Assembly (NCBI GenBank): GCA_964016885.1
Contig: OZ024752.1
Location: forward strand, 9,114,001-9,178,000
Reading direction: 5' to 3'
DNA length: 64,000 nucleotides
DNA from: Eledone cirrhosa
Taxonomy: Eukaryota
Shown: piece by piece, positions 1 to 15,574 of the stretch
Layout: every line of letters starts with the position of its first letter
Position numbering within the stretch: the first letter of the stretch is position 1
The notes under the pieces: model-generated
The model's database searches: none
What the model was told of the DNA's origin: nothing
What the model saw: only the letters and a program-made list of their open reading frames with translations
Translations under genes and position numbers: made by a program

Positions 1-1469
1 TTGTTGCTGTGTCTCCTACTCGACCACTTTACAGTGTGTGCTGGGTACTTTTTGCTGCGTCTCCTGCACGACCACTTTACAGTGTGGACTGGTATTAGAA
101 ATTTATATCCCACATGAAGTATAAAATGACTAGTAAGTTGTAGGGTAAGGTGTACGCAATGTATATTTCAAATATAAAATATAATAAATATGATAAAAAT
201 TAAAATCAAATACAACAAAATAGAATAAAATAAAATAAAAATCATGTAATGTAGGTTATAAAATGTAATATCCAGCATCCAATATAAATACCTGATAAAA
301 CTAATATATAAAGGTAAAAATTCAGCACAAGATATATAAAGTTGAATTGAATCAGAAAGGATCATGCAAGTGCATCAAACAATTTAGAGAGCCCGTCAAA
401 TATTTTGTTGATCCATATGGGTGGATGTAGCCATATATAGTCATGTCCAGACTTTGAGATAGACTTAGTTTTAGTAAGTTACCTTGGCCTGGAGTGGTAG
501 TTCCTCCAATATTGCGGTCAGGGCATTTGGTTCCGCATTACATCACAAAGCACTCGACTGCAACAGGAGCTGTATTCCATTTGTGTTGTATAGTTTACCA
601 ATTGGTCAAATAGGTCATTCTGGTTAGTAAACCATGAAGAAAAGCACTCTACGTTATGTAACTCATCTATCATAGATGTTAAATGCCATGGCTGGTTCAG
701 GAACAGTAAAATATTTATTTAAAACAACAGAAGGCCGGACTTGAAATATCCTTTTAAAATTTTAATGTTGCAAAAAGCACTATACATATTTCAATGGTCA
801 CATTACATCATCCGATCATGATGTAAGACCTTAGTGACATCGTCAGGAATAGGAACATGACATACATAGGTGAGCCTGGAGCATAGAAGAAATGAGAAAT
901 GAACACTGGTGTGAACTTCAAGATGAGAAAAACTCATCAGTACTCCACCAACATGCCAGAATACAAGATGGGGCTCACTAGAGAACATCGAGATAAAACT
1001 AATATCCACGCACAGAACAAACACAATGCTCAAACAGATTATGGGAGTGACAAACATGAACGAACTCTGACCAAAACTAAATTAAAAACATGAATGGAAT
1101 AGCAACAACCTCACAATTGAGTAACTAATGATAATATAAAAACATACAGAGGCACACCAAAACTAAACCAACATAAACCAGACACCCACAAATAGAACAA
1201 GTAACTAACTAGTAAGAAGTAGGACAGAGAGAAAATAAATAAATAGATAAACATATAAATAAACAAATAAATATATTTTTAAAACTATTAAAAAAACACT
1301 CACTCACACACAAACCAGGATATAATGCATGCACAGCCCAAGTACACAGCTCTCAAAAACAAGATGGTGTAAGACAGATCAAAGGAGAGATGCAAAATAA
1401 CAAAAGCAGTTACAGAATGTGTGACAAAAGAGCTTTCAAGACAATCAACAACTAAACAGTGTTGGGCAA

Positions 1470-2290
1470 GTAGATTTTATTGTGATACCATCACTAATAC
1501 TTTCCAGTAGATTTTATTGTGACACACACCATCATTAATACTTTACAGTAGATTTTATTGTGACACCATCACTAATACTTTCCAGTAGATTTTATTGTGA
1601 CACACACCATCATTAATACTTTACAGTAGATTTTATTGTGACACCATCACTAATACTTTCCAGTAGATTTTATTGTGACACCATCATTAATACTTTCCAC
1701 TAGATTTTATTGTGGCACCATCACTACCACTTTACAGTAGATTTTATTGTGACACCATCACTAGCACTTTACAGTAGATTTTATTGTGACACCATTACTA
1801 CCACTTTACAGTAGATTTTATTGTGACACCATCACTAATACTTTCCAGTAGATTTTATTGTGACACCATCATTAATACTTTCCACTAGATTTTATTGTGA
1901 CACCATCACTACCACTTTACAGTAGATTTTATTGTGACACCATCACTAGCACTTTACAGTAGATTTTATTGTGATACCAGCACTACCACTTTACAGTAGA
2001 TTTTATTGTGGCACCATCACTACCTCTTTACAGTAGATTTTGTTGTGACACCATCACTAGCACTTTACAGTAGATTTTATTGTGACACCATTACTAGCAC
2101 TTTACAGTAGATTTTATTGTGATACCAGCACTACCACTTTACAGTAGATTTTATTGTGGCACCATCACTACCACTTTACAGTAGATTTTATTGTGACACC
2201 ATCACTAGCACTTTACAGTAGATTTTATTGTGATACCAGCACTACCACTTTACAGTAGATTTTATTGTGACACCATTACTACCACTTTAC
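1470..2290. repeat. Minisatellite, ~37-bp unit (agtagattttattgtgacaccatcactaccactttac)
   Basis: Tandem, slightly degenerate copies read directly; grades into the 48-bp array. Confidence 0.95.
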
Positions 2291-3635
2291 AGTGTGGACT
2301 AAGTACATTTTACTGTGACACCAGCACTACCACTTTACAGTGTGGACTGAGTACATTTTACTGTGACACCAGCACTACCACTTTACAGTGTGGACTGAGT
2401 ACATTTTACTGTGACACCAGCACTACCACTTTACAGTGTGGACTGAGTACATTTTACTGTGACACCAGCACTACCACTTTACAGTGTGGACTGAATACAT
2501 TTTACTGTGACACCAGCACTACCACTTTACAGTGTGGACTGAGTACATTTTACTGTGACACCAGCACTACCACTTTACAGTGTGGACTGAGTACATTTTA
2601 CTGTGACACCAGCACTACCACTTTACAGTGTGGACTGAGTACATTTTACTGTGACACCAGCACTACCACTTTACAGTGTGGACTGAGTACATTTTACTGT
2701 GACACCAGCACTACCACTTTACAGTGTGGACTGAGTACATTTTACTGTGACACCAGCACTACCACTTTACAGTGTGGACTGAGTACATTTTACTGTGACA
2801 CCAGCACTACCACTTTACAGTGTGGACTAAGTACATTTTACTGTGACACCAGCACTACCACTTTACAGTGTGGACTGAGTACATTTTACTGTGACACCAG
2901 CACTACCACTTTACAGTGTGGACTGAGTACATTTTACTGTGACACCAGCACTACCACTTTACAGTGTGGACTGAGTACATTTTACTGTGACACCAGCACT
3001 ACCACTTTACAGTGTGGACTGAATACATTTTACTGTGACACCAGCACTACCACTTTACAGTGTGGACTGAGTACATTTTACTGTGACACCAGCACTACCA
3101 CTTTACAGTGTGGACTGAGTACATTTTACTGTGACACCAGCACTACCACTTTACAGTGTGGACTGAATACATTTTACTGTGACACCAGCACTACCACTTT
3201 ACAGTGTGGACTGAGTACATTTTACTGTGACACCAGCACTACCACTTTACAGTGTGGACTGAGTACATTTTACTGTGACACCAGCACTACCACTTTACAG
3301 TGTGGACTGAGTACATTTTACTGTGACACCAGCACTACCACTTTACAGTGTGGACTGAGTACATTTTACTGTGACACCAGCACTACCACTTTACAGTGTG
3401 GACTGAGTACATTTTACTGTGACACCAGCACTACCACTTTACAGTGTGGACTGAATACATTTTACTGTGACACCAGCACTACCACTTTACAGTGTGGACT
3501 GAGTACATTTTACTGTCACACCAGCACTACCACTTTACAGTGTGGACTGAGTACATTTTACTGTGACACCAGCACTACCACTTTACAGTGTGGACTGAGT
3601 ACATTTTACTGTCACACCAGCACTACCATTTTCCA
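2291..3635. repeat. Minisatellite, 48-bp unit (agtgtggactgagtacattttactgtgacaccagcactaccactttac), ~28 copies
   Basis: Near-identical tandem copies; explains the 16-aa repeat ORF 2230..3681. Confidence 0.95.
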
Positions 3636-3759
3636 GATGAGAGTGCATGCTGTGTCCTTGGCTAGGGTGAAGAGTTTGTGATAGGGCTGGGAGAGGTGCA
3701 AGAATAAAGAGCTTCATGTTTCTTGCTGAAGGAGGAGGGAGGTGTAAAGTTGGCCTTAA

Positions 3760-3978
3760 CCCTTTAGCCTTTATACCGACCATATCTGGCCAGAAGTCTC
3801 TCACCTCTTTCTGTTCAAACCAGTCGTAACAGGCCACTCATACTGATATCAAGGTATTGTTCTCAAAATAAATATCAAAATCTCATAGATTCAATATTAT
3901 GTGAGATAACTACATGAGGTAAAGCCTTTACCACAAAATTATAATAGTAAATATAGGAGCAATGTAAATGCTAAAGGG
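3760..3978. mobile_element. piggyBac-like MITE
   Basis: Termini CCCTTTAGC...GCTAAAGGG flanked by TTAA on both sides; related copy in opposite orientation at 47224-47489. Confidence 0.8.
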
Positions 3979-4590
3979 TTAAGAGTGATGTCTGACAGTG
4001 CATTGTGGAGTGAGTACATACGCCTCTCCATGCTGGCATAGTTGAACTAAAAACTGAGGATTCTGCTATTATGAGGGCCAGCAGAAAAATTCATTGTCTG
4101 ACCAAGATACTCTCATGGAATGACCAAATGAGGTTAATTTTTCAACATATTCCATGGAAAGAAACAGTGTAGTTGTGAATAAGAAAAGTTGAAATTAATG
4201 CATGCAAGATTTCACAGCTCTAGCACCATTCCTTTATAGTAAGCCTATGCTTGTACCACCACTCTCTCCTTACACGTTCTATCCTGTTCATGTGGGAAGT
4301 TTAGTCTTCTGCAGCATCACATATTTCCAGATAACTTGATCCTGTATCATATCCTTCATAAGGTTCAGCTTTGTGAGGTCAGCCATTACCATTTCATCCC
4401 AAATTTTCTTTAGTCTAATTCTTCTATATTTTCCCTGCACTATTTTATTCAGCTCTCTTTCAGATGTACCACACACCCATACCAGCAATATGAGTTGTGT
4501 CTCATTGAATATAAACAACTCTGATTTTATAATATTTTATGTCCACTGAGGTATTTCTTGGTCATTCTGACTTTATTCACAACGCCAACA

Positions 4591-5433
4591 TATGAGGCTT
4601 ATCACAAAACTACTGGCTTTTATATGTTTAACACGGTAATGCAGCACCTCGGTTATGTATATAAGTGTGTTGGTTATGACCTTGGCTACACATGCATACT
4701 TGTTTCAACATGATTAATTAAACCAATCATGAATTATTGATGTTTATGTACAGATGTGTTTATAATGTCTGTTACGTTTGCAATTCAAGAAAAAAATCAA
4801 ATTTTATGTGAAACTCAACAAATCTTCCATTGAAACATAATTCTTTAACACAAGATTATGAAGATGCCACTCTATTGGAAAGTAAGGTTTTTAAGAGGTA
4901 CAAAGCTTTCAAACAGGGCCAGGAAAATGTTGAAGACTGATCTCATTCTGGAATGTCAATCTCGTCAACAAATGAACACAATGTAGAAGTAGTATGAGAG
5001 GTGATGAGGAAAGATTGCTGATTATGTGCTTGGATAAAAATGGAGTTCACAGAATTTTAACACACCATTTGCACATGTGAAAAATTTGTGCAAAGGTAGT
5101 GCCCAAACACAGCATTTTCAATTTGAGAATTTCTAGCAAAGAAAAACATTCCCATTATTCCACATCTTTACAACAGCTCAGATTGAGCTCTGTGTGGTTT
5201 CTACCTCTTTCCTAAGTTGAAATTGCAGCTAAAGGGTCATCATTTTGGGACTGTTGAAAAAAAATTGAAACTGATGAGATAAGGACACTCACAGAAAATT
5301 ACTTCCAGGCTGCTATGATCAACAGAATAAATATTAGAACTACTGTATTTTGAAGGAGCTAACTTGTAATTTCATATATGTCTAATACACATTTAAATGA
5401 AACATCAGTACCTTTACATTTGGAACAAACATC
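4591..5433 (+). mobile_element. Degenerate, internally deleted Tc1/mariner transposon
   Basis: Broken frames give IKFYVKLNKS.IET, KAFKQGQENVED..HSG and FYLFPKLKLQLKGHHFGTVE, resembling mariner transposase HTH and C-terminal motifs; ends approximate. Confidence 0.75.
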
Positions 5434-6289
5434 ATATATAATATTCTCATCTATTCCAAGTTACTTGTAGCATTCACCACTGGAGATAGGTGAAATAGAC
5501 AGGCCATTGACATACATAGTCTCCTCTTGACAATTTACCACAGTTTACTACCAAATCTATTGTACTTCTGTTATTATGACCTGTGAGATGCTGTGACCTG
5601 ATGTAACTTTCTCTTGGTACTTAAGGACATCATGAAAAAGATATCAGTGATATTAACCTTTCTGTCTTCTATACTGACAAGCATGTAACAGGGCTAACAA
5701 TAGAGTCACAGTCAGCACAAATATTATTACAGACAAGCTGTCACCATGAAATATTCCTGTCAATACACCAATTCTGTCTGTGACTAAAACTGAAGTAGTT
5801 TTTCAATACAGCTGAGTGGACATATAACAGTTTTTGAATGGCTTCAGCTATGGTCATGGAAATTTAACAAGGCATAGTGACTCTAGTATCCATGAGTGGC
5901 AGTCAGACACCTTCATATAGTCCAGACATAAATCAATTATTATTTTTTAACGTGATATAGATATCAAAGTATTAGGAGTGAAAATATTGAGCATATTACA
6001 TAGAAAGTTATTCATTAAGGTAATTCAGGTGTAAAAAATACCAAGCAAAAAGGTATTACAGGAGATAGATAAAAGATATCATAGCATTGAAAGATGTAAT
6101 AGTAAGGGTATATGATGGAAAATATTAATAAAGGCATACATGAGGTAAGAGTTAGAAAATGAATATGTCAAGCATATTTCATACAGAATGTTAAAGAGTG
6201 TTAAAAGTGTTAAAAATGGAATGCATTATGGTAAAGAAATACGTAATGATATGATGAATAAATGTTGTGTAATGCAAAATATAAATAGT

Positions 6290-6476
6290 TGTTTCTACTT
6301 TTGGCACAAGGCCAGCAATTATCGCAGTATATTACTGGTACTTTATTTTATCGACCCACGTAAAAATGAAAGACAAAGTTAACCTCGACGGGATTTTAAC
6401 TCAGACCGTAAAGGGACGTAACTATGCTGGAAAGCATGGCGTCCGACCTTCTACCGATACTGCTAATTCACCGCCC
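6290..6476 (-). mobile_element. tRNA-derived SINE (same family as 14081-14270)
   Basis: Reverse complement shares gaggttaactttg.ctttcat and ggcct.gtgccaaaagtagaaaca with the plus-strand copies. Confidence 0.7.
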
Positions 6477-6757
6477 TTTATGCAAAATATAAATAGTATA
6501 AGTAAATAAGATAAATAACCTATATATATATGAGAAATGGCAATTTCCTAGCCTCTGTTATCCTAAACACGGCTATTCCTTATGAGCGATTTTTCCGTTA
6601 CGAATATATGCACGTACACAACACATATATATATTAACAGCTATATAAATACAAACAGACATTAGTACATATATCTATATATATATATAAACATCAAAAG
6701 AAGAAAATTGACAATTTATCCCTTATCTTCTCTATGCCAAATATTGAGACTAATGTA

Positions 6758-8139
<1,382 letters not shown>

Positions 8140-8327
8140 GCATAAATGTTGGGAGGTCATTAGGAGAGCATTCTGTGCCTCTATATAGTTGGTCAATGGA
8201 AGTTAAAGCTAGTCAGCTAACTTTCCTCTGACCATGTCTAAGTGACCAAAGCAAAATATCACAAACAAATCTTGCTTTGCTCAACAAATTTGTCCTGCAA
8301 ATCTTATTCTTTGTTCTTGCAATATTG

Positions 8328-8602
8328 CAGATATATCAGGGAGGGGACCATAGAGCAGTTGTTTAATAGGATGCTGTGTCCACAGATATATCAGGGATGG
8401 GACCATAGAGCAGTTGTTTAGTAGGATGCTGTGTCCACAGATATATCAGGGATGGGACCATAGAGCAGTTGTTTAATAGGATGCTGTGTCCACAGATATA
8501 TCAGGGATGGGACCATAGAGCAGTTGTTTAGTAGGATGTTGGGACCATAGAGCAGTTGTTTAGTAGGATGCTGTGTCCACAGATATATCAAGGATGGGAC
8601 CA
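8328..8602. repeat. Minisatellite, 55-bp unit, ~5 copies (one truncated)
   Basis: cagatatatcagggatgggaccatagagcagttgtttaataggatgctgtgtcca repeated. Confidence 0.9.
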
Positions 8603-9353
8603 ATAGATGTTAAGATGATTAATATTAAAGGATGGACTTTCAGCTCGTCTCCATTTAGCCACGTCCTGTTTATCATATATTTATCTTCCATATTAATTCA
8701 GGAAAAAGAAACACAATGACTAAAGTTGATTTTTTAATAATTTATTTCTAAATTACAATAAAAAATAAGCAAAAAGATTAACAATTATATTGTATAACTA
8801 CCAACCAGAACTTAGTTAAGGTAGCTAATGATAAATTGAAATGAAATAATGGTACAAAGATGAGATATTCATAGTTTTTAAGCTAATTTTTTAAGTCAAA
8901 TTTTCTCTTAATATTTTACATTTTCCAGCCAAAAGGCTGTGGCCATGCTGGGGCACCACCATTATTGACTTTACTGTTTAAAAATGAAGCGTGTGTGTAT
9001 CTGCATATATATGTCACCATCATCATCGTTTGGCATCCGATTTCCCTGCTAGAAATAACCTTTTATTCTCCTTTGTATCTCATCCTAATTGTGTACACAC
9101 AGTATAAAAATACATGCAAAAATGTTTTTTTTAATGTAATCTTTGATAAATCCTCATTAAAATGTTTCTTTAATTTTTGTTTTATTTTTCCACATCTATT
9201 TAGAAATATTACACAATAGTTGAGTAATTTTCAGAAAAACTGTTTTATTTAAAAAAAAAATTGAATGAAATAAAAGTGATTTAATAAATGAAGTTTAAAA
9301 ATAATTTTTAATAGTTTTAATATTAGTATAATTCAGACTTAAATCAAAGGTTG

Positions 9354-9540
9354 TCAACCTTTAAATGTTCTGATCAAAATATTTGGATCTGTAGCTAAAT
9401 CAATAACTGCTGCAGTCTGTTGCTCAACAGTAAGATGTTTCTGTGGAAGTGTATACCAAATATTGTCTTCAGCACCAAAAATAGTTGAAGTTACATGTTC
9501 CAAGTCACCATTTATATGTGAATTCAGAGGTATTTCATCA
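9354..9540 (-). CDS. Candidate terminal coding exon of the Ig receptor gene (DEIPLNSHINGDLEHVTSTIFGAEDNIWYTLPQKHLTVEQQTAAVIDLATDPNILIRTFKG*)
   Basis: Acceptor ttttatttaaag; 61 open codons after a phase-2 start in AT-rich DNA; TGA at 9356-9354; AATAAA on the minus strand at 9249-9244. The upstream phase link is unresolved. Confidence 0.55.
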
Positions 9541-11399
9541 CTTTAAATAAAATATTAAAAAGAGTAGACATTTCAAATATTGGCTATTTTCAATATTTTT
9601 GTCACCCACCAGTTGTATAAATAACATTACAAATTGTTTATAATTCTTTACAGAATGAAAATATAAATAAATACAATTAATATACAAAGCATATAAATAA
9701 ATTTACAGTAGAATAACATAACAAATATGTTTTAAATATATACATGAATAACACTACAAATGCTTAAATAACATTATAAATTGCTTGCAATTCTTTCAGA
9801 AGGATATATTCCTTTAATGTTGCAATATTAAAGAAAATGTAAAGGAAGGGGTGAACAACCGAGCCAACACTAGAGCAAAAGACAGCAGCGTCGCGAGGAG
9901 TACCGGGAAACCTCTCTAATGATTTCTGAGGCAAGCCAGCACCCTTGCAGTGTTGTCTCGGGTGATGGTGAGGTTGATGCACTGGAACAACCAAGCGCCC
10001 TTGCGAGAATCACAAGAGAAATCGGAATGTAAGTTTATTTTACATAAACATACTGTATATGGGTCCGTGCTAAGCAATTCTGAAATATTTGAAATAATGA
10101 AAAATAATAAAAATCCGATCTACTTGCAACAATTTTTCTGAAGCGAAAACCCATATCAACATAGGCCAAATCTTCAACTCGGTCTCAAGATTTCAACCCT
10201 AAGCCAAAAATGTAAAGAAGCAGTTGACTTAAGAAATTACCGATTCTATGAAAGTCTGACACACGATGGAAGCAAAGAAAAATGGAAAAGAAACAACTTT
10301 GTGAAAGAAGTTAGTTTGAAAAGTATTGAAGTCCAAAAAGATGTCAAACTTGATATCGATGAAGGAAATTTGCTTGCATCAGATCCCAATCCTCTTGAGT
10401 TAAAAAGATTAAGGTTAGTTTATAATGAATGTTTTTATCTCAAACATTTACCACTTGGCTTTCTAACATATTCGGAAGGCTTTTGATTATCGATCTTCTC
10501 CATTGTGAATTAGCTCTTCTCGATACCATGTGCCCTGCCAAAAATGACAAATCATACCCTATCGTCTGAATAACAAACTCAGTGGATAACGCAGTCAGGA
10601 TAGTCAAAACTGGAATGGCTTTCATCGTAAGGTTTTATTGAAGCTGACAAAACGTTAAACAAAAGCAGAGGTCTGTTTACATAAACATCATCACACAAAC
10701 TGCTAGAAATAGCAGATAAATCGCACATTACATATTTGAATGTTTGACTAAAATATCATTGTAATCGAATCATTCAAACATTATCTGATTGAGCACTCAA
10801 TACTAGTGGGTAGAGTTTAAATTTTCTTGTATTTGTACACACACAAGCCGACGAGGGAATCCTAAATATAACGTGCATAATCCGGTGAATCGCACGAGAT
10901 ATTTTCGTTCCCTTATTTCCTATTAATTTAACATTCAATCAGTCAACACAAGCCAAATATTCAACTGACACAGGACATAAGCTAATAATAATGATTAATG
11001 ACAATAATCTTTAAATTTATTGCAAATTCACCCATGTGGAATCTCACACACTCACACAGGTTCTCATTTTACTGCAGTCTTGCCCATGTGGAATTTTACA
11101 CAAACTCACAATTTCTGATTTTACTGCGTATTTACCCATGCAAAATATTACACAAACTCACAGCCTTAGAATTTGTACTTCTAACCTTTTTATTTTCCTT
11201 CTTTTTGCATGTTCTTCCACTGTATTTACCTGCCTCTCACATGACCACACTTATCTCCACGCACTAATAATCTTCTCCCCCTTCACCACTTTCTATCACT
11301 CCCTCTGCTCACCTCTCACTTTGTCCTCTTGCACAGCCCACCTATGTCTTCGTTCAACCCGTTGGTGGCCCGATGTTTCGATCGAACTATCACCGGCGA

Positions 11400-12190
11400 T
11401 TGCCGATTGATAAAGTTGCCTCCACCTTAACCTAATCCACTCTAGGTGGTGGAGGCATGCGTTGAATGACCAAGAGACCTGCTTGGTGGAACGACTATGT
11501 TACAACAGGTCAGCCTTCGACCTCTCATTTTACACCAGCTTCATGACGCACGAGAAGAGCTAACTTGTCTCCACTTACCCCCTCCTCCCCTTCACTGCAG
11601 ATTCCAAGCGAATTCAACCCTGCCAACTCCACCACCCCTACAACTGTTAGCCCACCACCCAACCTCCGCTCTAGCCCCACCGTTAGAACCATTGCTGCCT
11701 CTTTTACTGACTCACTCCCTCCACCAAATTCCAATGCTGGCCCTCTACTGCTGGCTGCTGCCAACCCATCACCTCACTGCACTAGCCGGTACTTAAAGAC
11801 TATCAAACGTCACCTATGCCACGTAAGCTACCACAGAAGCTGTGTCGGCATCACCAAGGCTCAAGCCGAAAAGCTTCAATACTGGACCTGTGATCGGTGC
11901 CACTTCAGCTACGACGTATTCCATGGAGATGCCCCATGCTTCGATGACCAACTCTCTACTGAGGACTTTGCCACACCCCTCCAGGGTTTCTCCAAATCAA
12001 AGCTCATCAACTGGGTCCCTGAGGGAGCACGGAATAGCTTTGCACATGCCCTCTCTCCTTATTGGTTGGTGACGCCGGACTCAAGCTCTTGGAGTGTCTG
12101 ACTCAGTTTGCGAATCAGTTCTCTTTAGTGAACCTTCTCCTCTATATCCGCCCACTGTTCTTCAAGGCAGGGGAACTCGAGAGATTGCCC
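11400..12190 (+). mobile_element. Non-LTR retrotransposon 5' remnant with PHD-like finger (possibly CRE-like)
   Basis: GC-richer island; ORF 11565..12101 has YHRSCVG...WTCDRC (PHD C-terminal half) and WVPEGAR, resembling the IPKGAR motif of CRE-like elements. Confidence 0.5.
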
Positions 12191-12296
12191 ACGCATAGAC
12201 TTGTTTATGCTAAAAAGGAGGTAACCCAGAATTTGACTGTTAAATGTCACCCAGAGGTCAAGGTGGGGACAGATTTCGCTACATATGTGTACATAC

Positions 12297-12385
12297 TTCA
12301 TGTAAAAGTATATATGGTAATTTTACTTCAATTCCTTTAACAGTTAAGAGCAGCGTTATTGTTTTTTTTTCCCCAAGTATTTCTG
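12297..12385 (-). CDS. Candidate cytoplasmic exon (AEILGEKKTITLLLTVKGIEVKLPYILLHE) with ITIM-like LPYILL
   Basis: Acceptor aatattcag, donor GTATGT; open only in the phase-1 frame continuing from exon 13600-13635. Confidence 0.5.
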
Positions 12386-12416
12386 CTGAATATTCAATTA
12401 ATAATAAATAATTTAT

Positions 12417-12763
12417 AGTAATTTTATACCACACCACCTCAGTAACTATAGATTACCAAGTAATTTCATACTACACCACCTCAATAACTATAGTTTACCA
12501 AGTAATTTCATACTACACCACCTCAGTAACTATAGTTTACCAAGTAATTTCATACCACACCACCTCAGTAACTATAGTTTACCAAGTAATTTCATACTAC
12601 ACCACCTCAGTAACTATAGTATACCAAGTAATTTCATACTACACCACCTCAGTAACTATAGTTTACCAAGTAATTTTATACCATACCATCTCAGTTACTA
12701 TAATATACCAAGTAATTTTATACTATACCAACTCAGTAACAATAGTTTATCAAGTAATTTCAT
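12417..12763. repeat. Minisatellite, 42-bp unit, ~8 copies
   Basis: agtaatttcatactacaccacctcagtaactatagtttacca repeated. Confidence 0.9.
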
Positions 12764-13599
12764 ATTTCCTTGGGTTGTGAGAGATGTATCACTTTTGTCA
12801 CACCAAATACCTTGTTGTTGTTTCATAACAACAAGGCCACTGGCCCTGACATGTATGATATAAAGTAGAAGGAAACTGTGCTTGAAAGGACCCATACAGC
12901 CCATGAAAGCATGAAAAAATAGATGTAAAAAGGTGATAATGATATATATATAAACCACATTTAATTTGGCTAAAATTATGTAATCTAAATAAACTCTGAA
13001 ATATTGATAATTTTCTCACTGAATTTGTTTAATTAAAATATTAAATATTAAGTATTTTGAAAAATACTTGTTTTTAAAAATCAAAAATATATGTTCTATT
13101 ATCTTCTAACATATCAGAACCTTCTGCTGTCCATCTTTCTTCATTCAAGCTATTAACAATTTACTGGTAAAAGATCAACAACCATTTACTTCTGCTTCTC
13201 GTCTTTTTCTTCTTCTTCAATGCTTCCATTAATTTAATCATATTTTCTGGATCCATCTCCTTGACTTCCATTTTTTATAATACATAATATATTTATTTTG
13301 TCATTTGATAGGATCCATTACTAATTTTTCTTGAGAAGAGATGATGTGGCAGATTCAAAGAAGAGAAAGCGAGAATGATTATGTAAGAGTATTAGAATAG
13401 GTTCTAAAGAAAGGTTGAAAGTTATGAAGTTAAAGTAAAGTTACAAAGTAATATACTTTGATATGACAATGTGATGGGCAAGTATACTTACGTGACTGAG
13501 TGAATTAGAAATAAATATTTATAAAATTAAATTATTATTCAACAAAAAAAAAAATGGGGAAAACAAAAGTTATAAGATAAATAAGTCTTTAAATAATAC

Positions 13600-13635
13600 C
13601 TACTTCCAAATAATCAAACGAATCATAGGTGTCAT
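13600..13635 (-). CDS. 36-nt micro-exon, DDTYDSFDYLEV
   Basis: Acceptor ttacaatttcag, donor GTATTA, phase 1-1, no stop. Confidence 0.75.
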   Translation of the reverse strand: MTPMIRLIIWK

Positions 13636-14080
13636 CTGAAATTGTAAGAATAAAAATATATATTATTGTATATTTTCTGAATTTCTTTTGAATATTGAAA
13701 TTCCTTCAATGCGAAAATAATTAAATTTATGACTCAAAGTTAATAATATTATTTTTAATTTTAAGGGGCTTCTTAAAAAATAAAGTTGTTTGCAAGACAA
13801 ATACATTCTAATCCTGAAGCACATATATGTTCCTCTTAAACAATTTTTACATGTATGGTATAGAGATGCAATAAATTGTATTTTCTATTCTAAAGTATGA
13901 CACACACACACACATATATATAGAATGTGTGTGTGTATGTGTGTGTGTGTGTATGTGTGTTCTAAATAGAGAAAGAGTGAGGAGGGGTTGAGGTGAATGG
14001 AGGGTGACAAATAGACAAAAATATTTTCCAAGCCTAAAGAAGAAATCAGTTTGGTTATTCTTCCTCTTCTTATTATTATT

Positions 14081-14270
14081 AGTGGTTTGGCAGCATTGGC
14101 AGAGCATCAGACACCGTGTTTTGCGGTATAGAGTTATGGCCCTTTACGTTCTGAGTTCAAATCCCGTCGAGGTTAACTTTGCCTTTCATCCTTACAGGAT
14201 GAATGGCACTGGGTAATTGCTGGCCTCGTGCCAAAAGTAGAAACAATTATTATTATTATTATTATTATTA
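14081..14270 (+). mobile_element. tRNA-derived SINE with (TTA)n tail; paralogous copies at ~26480-26670, ~32311-32503, ~38594-38788
   Basis: A-box-like TGGCAGCATTGG, B-box GTTCAAATCC, (TTA)n tail. Confidence 0.75.
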
Positions 14271-15113
14271 TCTACTTCTTTTTCTTCTTTTTCACCCACA
14301 TATTCCTGGGATGGTCATGGGAGCAAAGTCCTAAAGCATGCCTTTAATACTATTGGCATGCAGTTAGAATATCTCAAGAAAGAAACGCTGGACAGATTTT
14401 ATGGGCAAAACCAACCTTCTTCTTTGCTCACATATTTCTGGGAGAGTCATGGGGGAAGAGTTCTTAAACACTCCTTCGCGTGAGTCTGGTCAGAAGCAAG
14501 CATTTCCAACAAATCTGGCTGGATCTCCAAGCACCACCCACTATGTTAATGCATTTTATCCAACCATCTCACTCGGGGTCTACTCTGGATCTTGTGATGG
14601 TTGGTTTTGCCTATAAAATATGTCCAGCAATTCTTTCTTGAGACATTCTAACATGCCCAAAGTATTGAAGCTGTGATCTCTCAATCTAGAGAAATAACAG
14701 CTCTACCTGTAGTGCCTCTCTGATCTCTGAGCTATGCATTCTATTAAGTAACATTACTCAAAAGACCTTTCAGAGGAACCACATTTCGGCCCCTTGTTTT
14801 CACAATCGTATTCTTTCTCAGCAGAGCTGTTCTCCTAGAGAACAGGACTGCAGGTAGCAGATGGCGATAAGGTCAACATATACAATGGTTAGTTGCAATA
14901 TAATCTAGTAGCTACCAGATGTACGAGCAAACCCGGACAAAGAGCGGTACATTACGAGGGGATATGAAGCAATGGCTGACACCTGTAGCTCACAAGAAAA
15001 CTGTCACAACCCTGTGATGTAGATATGATGAGGTGAGTAAAGACCACCTCTAAAAAAGACTAGTCTTGACGGGTTTGAGAAAATACCAGATTATTGACTG
15101 GCATGAATAAGAC

Positions 15114-15574
15114 TGTAGTAAGACGCCTCACGCCTCCTGGCGGATAATGGAACAACCCTAGTTGTCTCCCCCTGGTGGAGAACACCAGAGGTAAACAGAG
15201 ACAGCCACTGAAAAGCGGAGGGAACACACGCCACAGAAAACAACCTCTGTACCACGAAACGATAAACAGCCAAGGGAACAGCAAACAGCAAACCCCACAA
15301 TACCTTTGTAATTGTAATACGCTCCTTTCACCACAACTGACCGCGTCTATATTTGGTATGTTCCATTTGTAATATAATAAACACATATAAACAAAATAGA
15401 CATCACCATTATTTACAATTGTTGAATACAACTCTCGTGGTTATTGTCTTATTTACGCACACACCCACTCACTTTGTTATAATTCTCACTTACAAAAATG
15501 GTAAATAGACGAGGGACCTTCCCTCACGTCTATGTCGATAAACAATCCAACTAGGATACATTCATTTTACCACA
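15114..15574 (+). mobile_element. Gypsy 5' LTR (461 bp)
   Basis: TGTAGTAA...TTACCACA termini, preceded by AGAC target site, followed by PBS-like ctgctgaccgacg. Confidence 0.9.

Noticed and set aside
2230-3681. 483-aa Cys/Thr repeat ORF, also superficially CRISPR-like periodicity
   Set aside because: It is a 48-bp tandem repeat that happens to lack stops in one frame. There are no unique spacers, no ATG start and no cas genes.
9840-10640. GC-richer, transposon-like segments
   Set aside because: Probably repeat relics, but no diagnostic motif or terminus could be identified.
10845-10920. CCGACGAGGGAAT hammerhead-like start
   Set aside because: No GAAA after the putative stem II; the motif is incomplete.
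13100-13330. Minus-strand MEVKEMDPENMIKLMEALKKKKK-like reading, repeated in each unit
   Set aside because: Stops in all frames, indels between copies and no consistent splice pair; more likely decayed repeat or intron.
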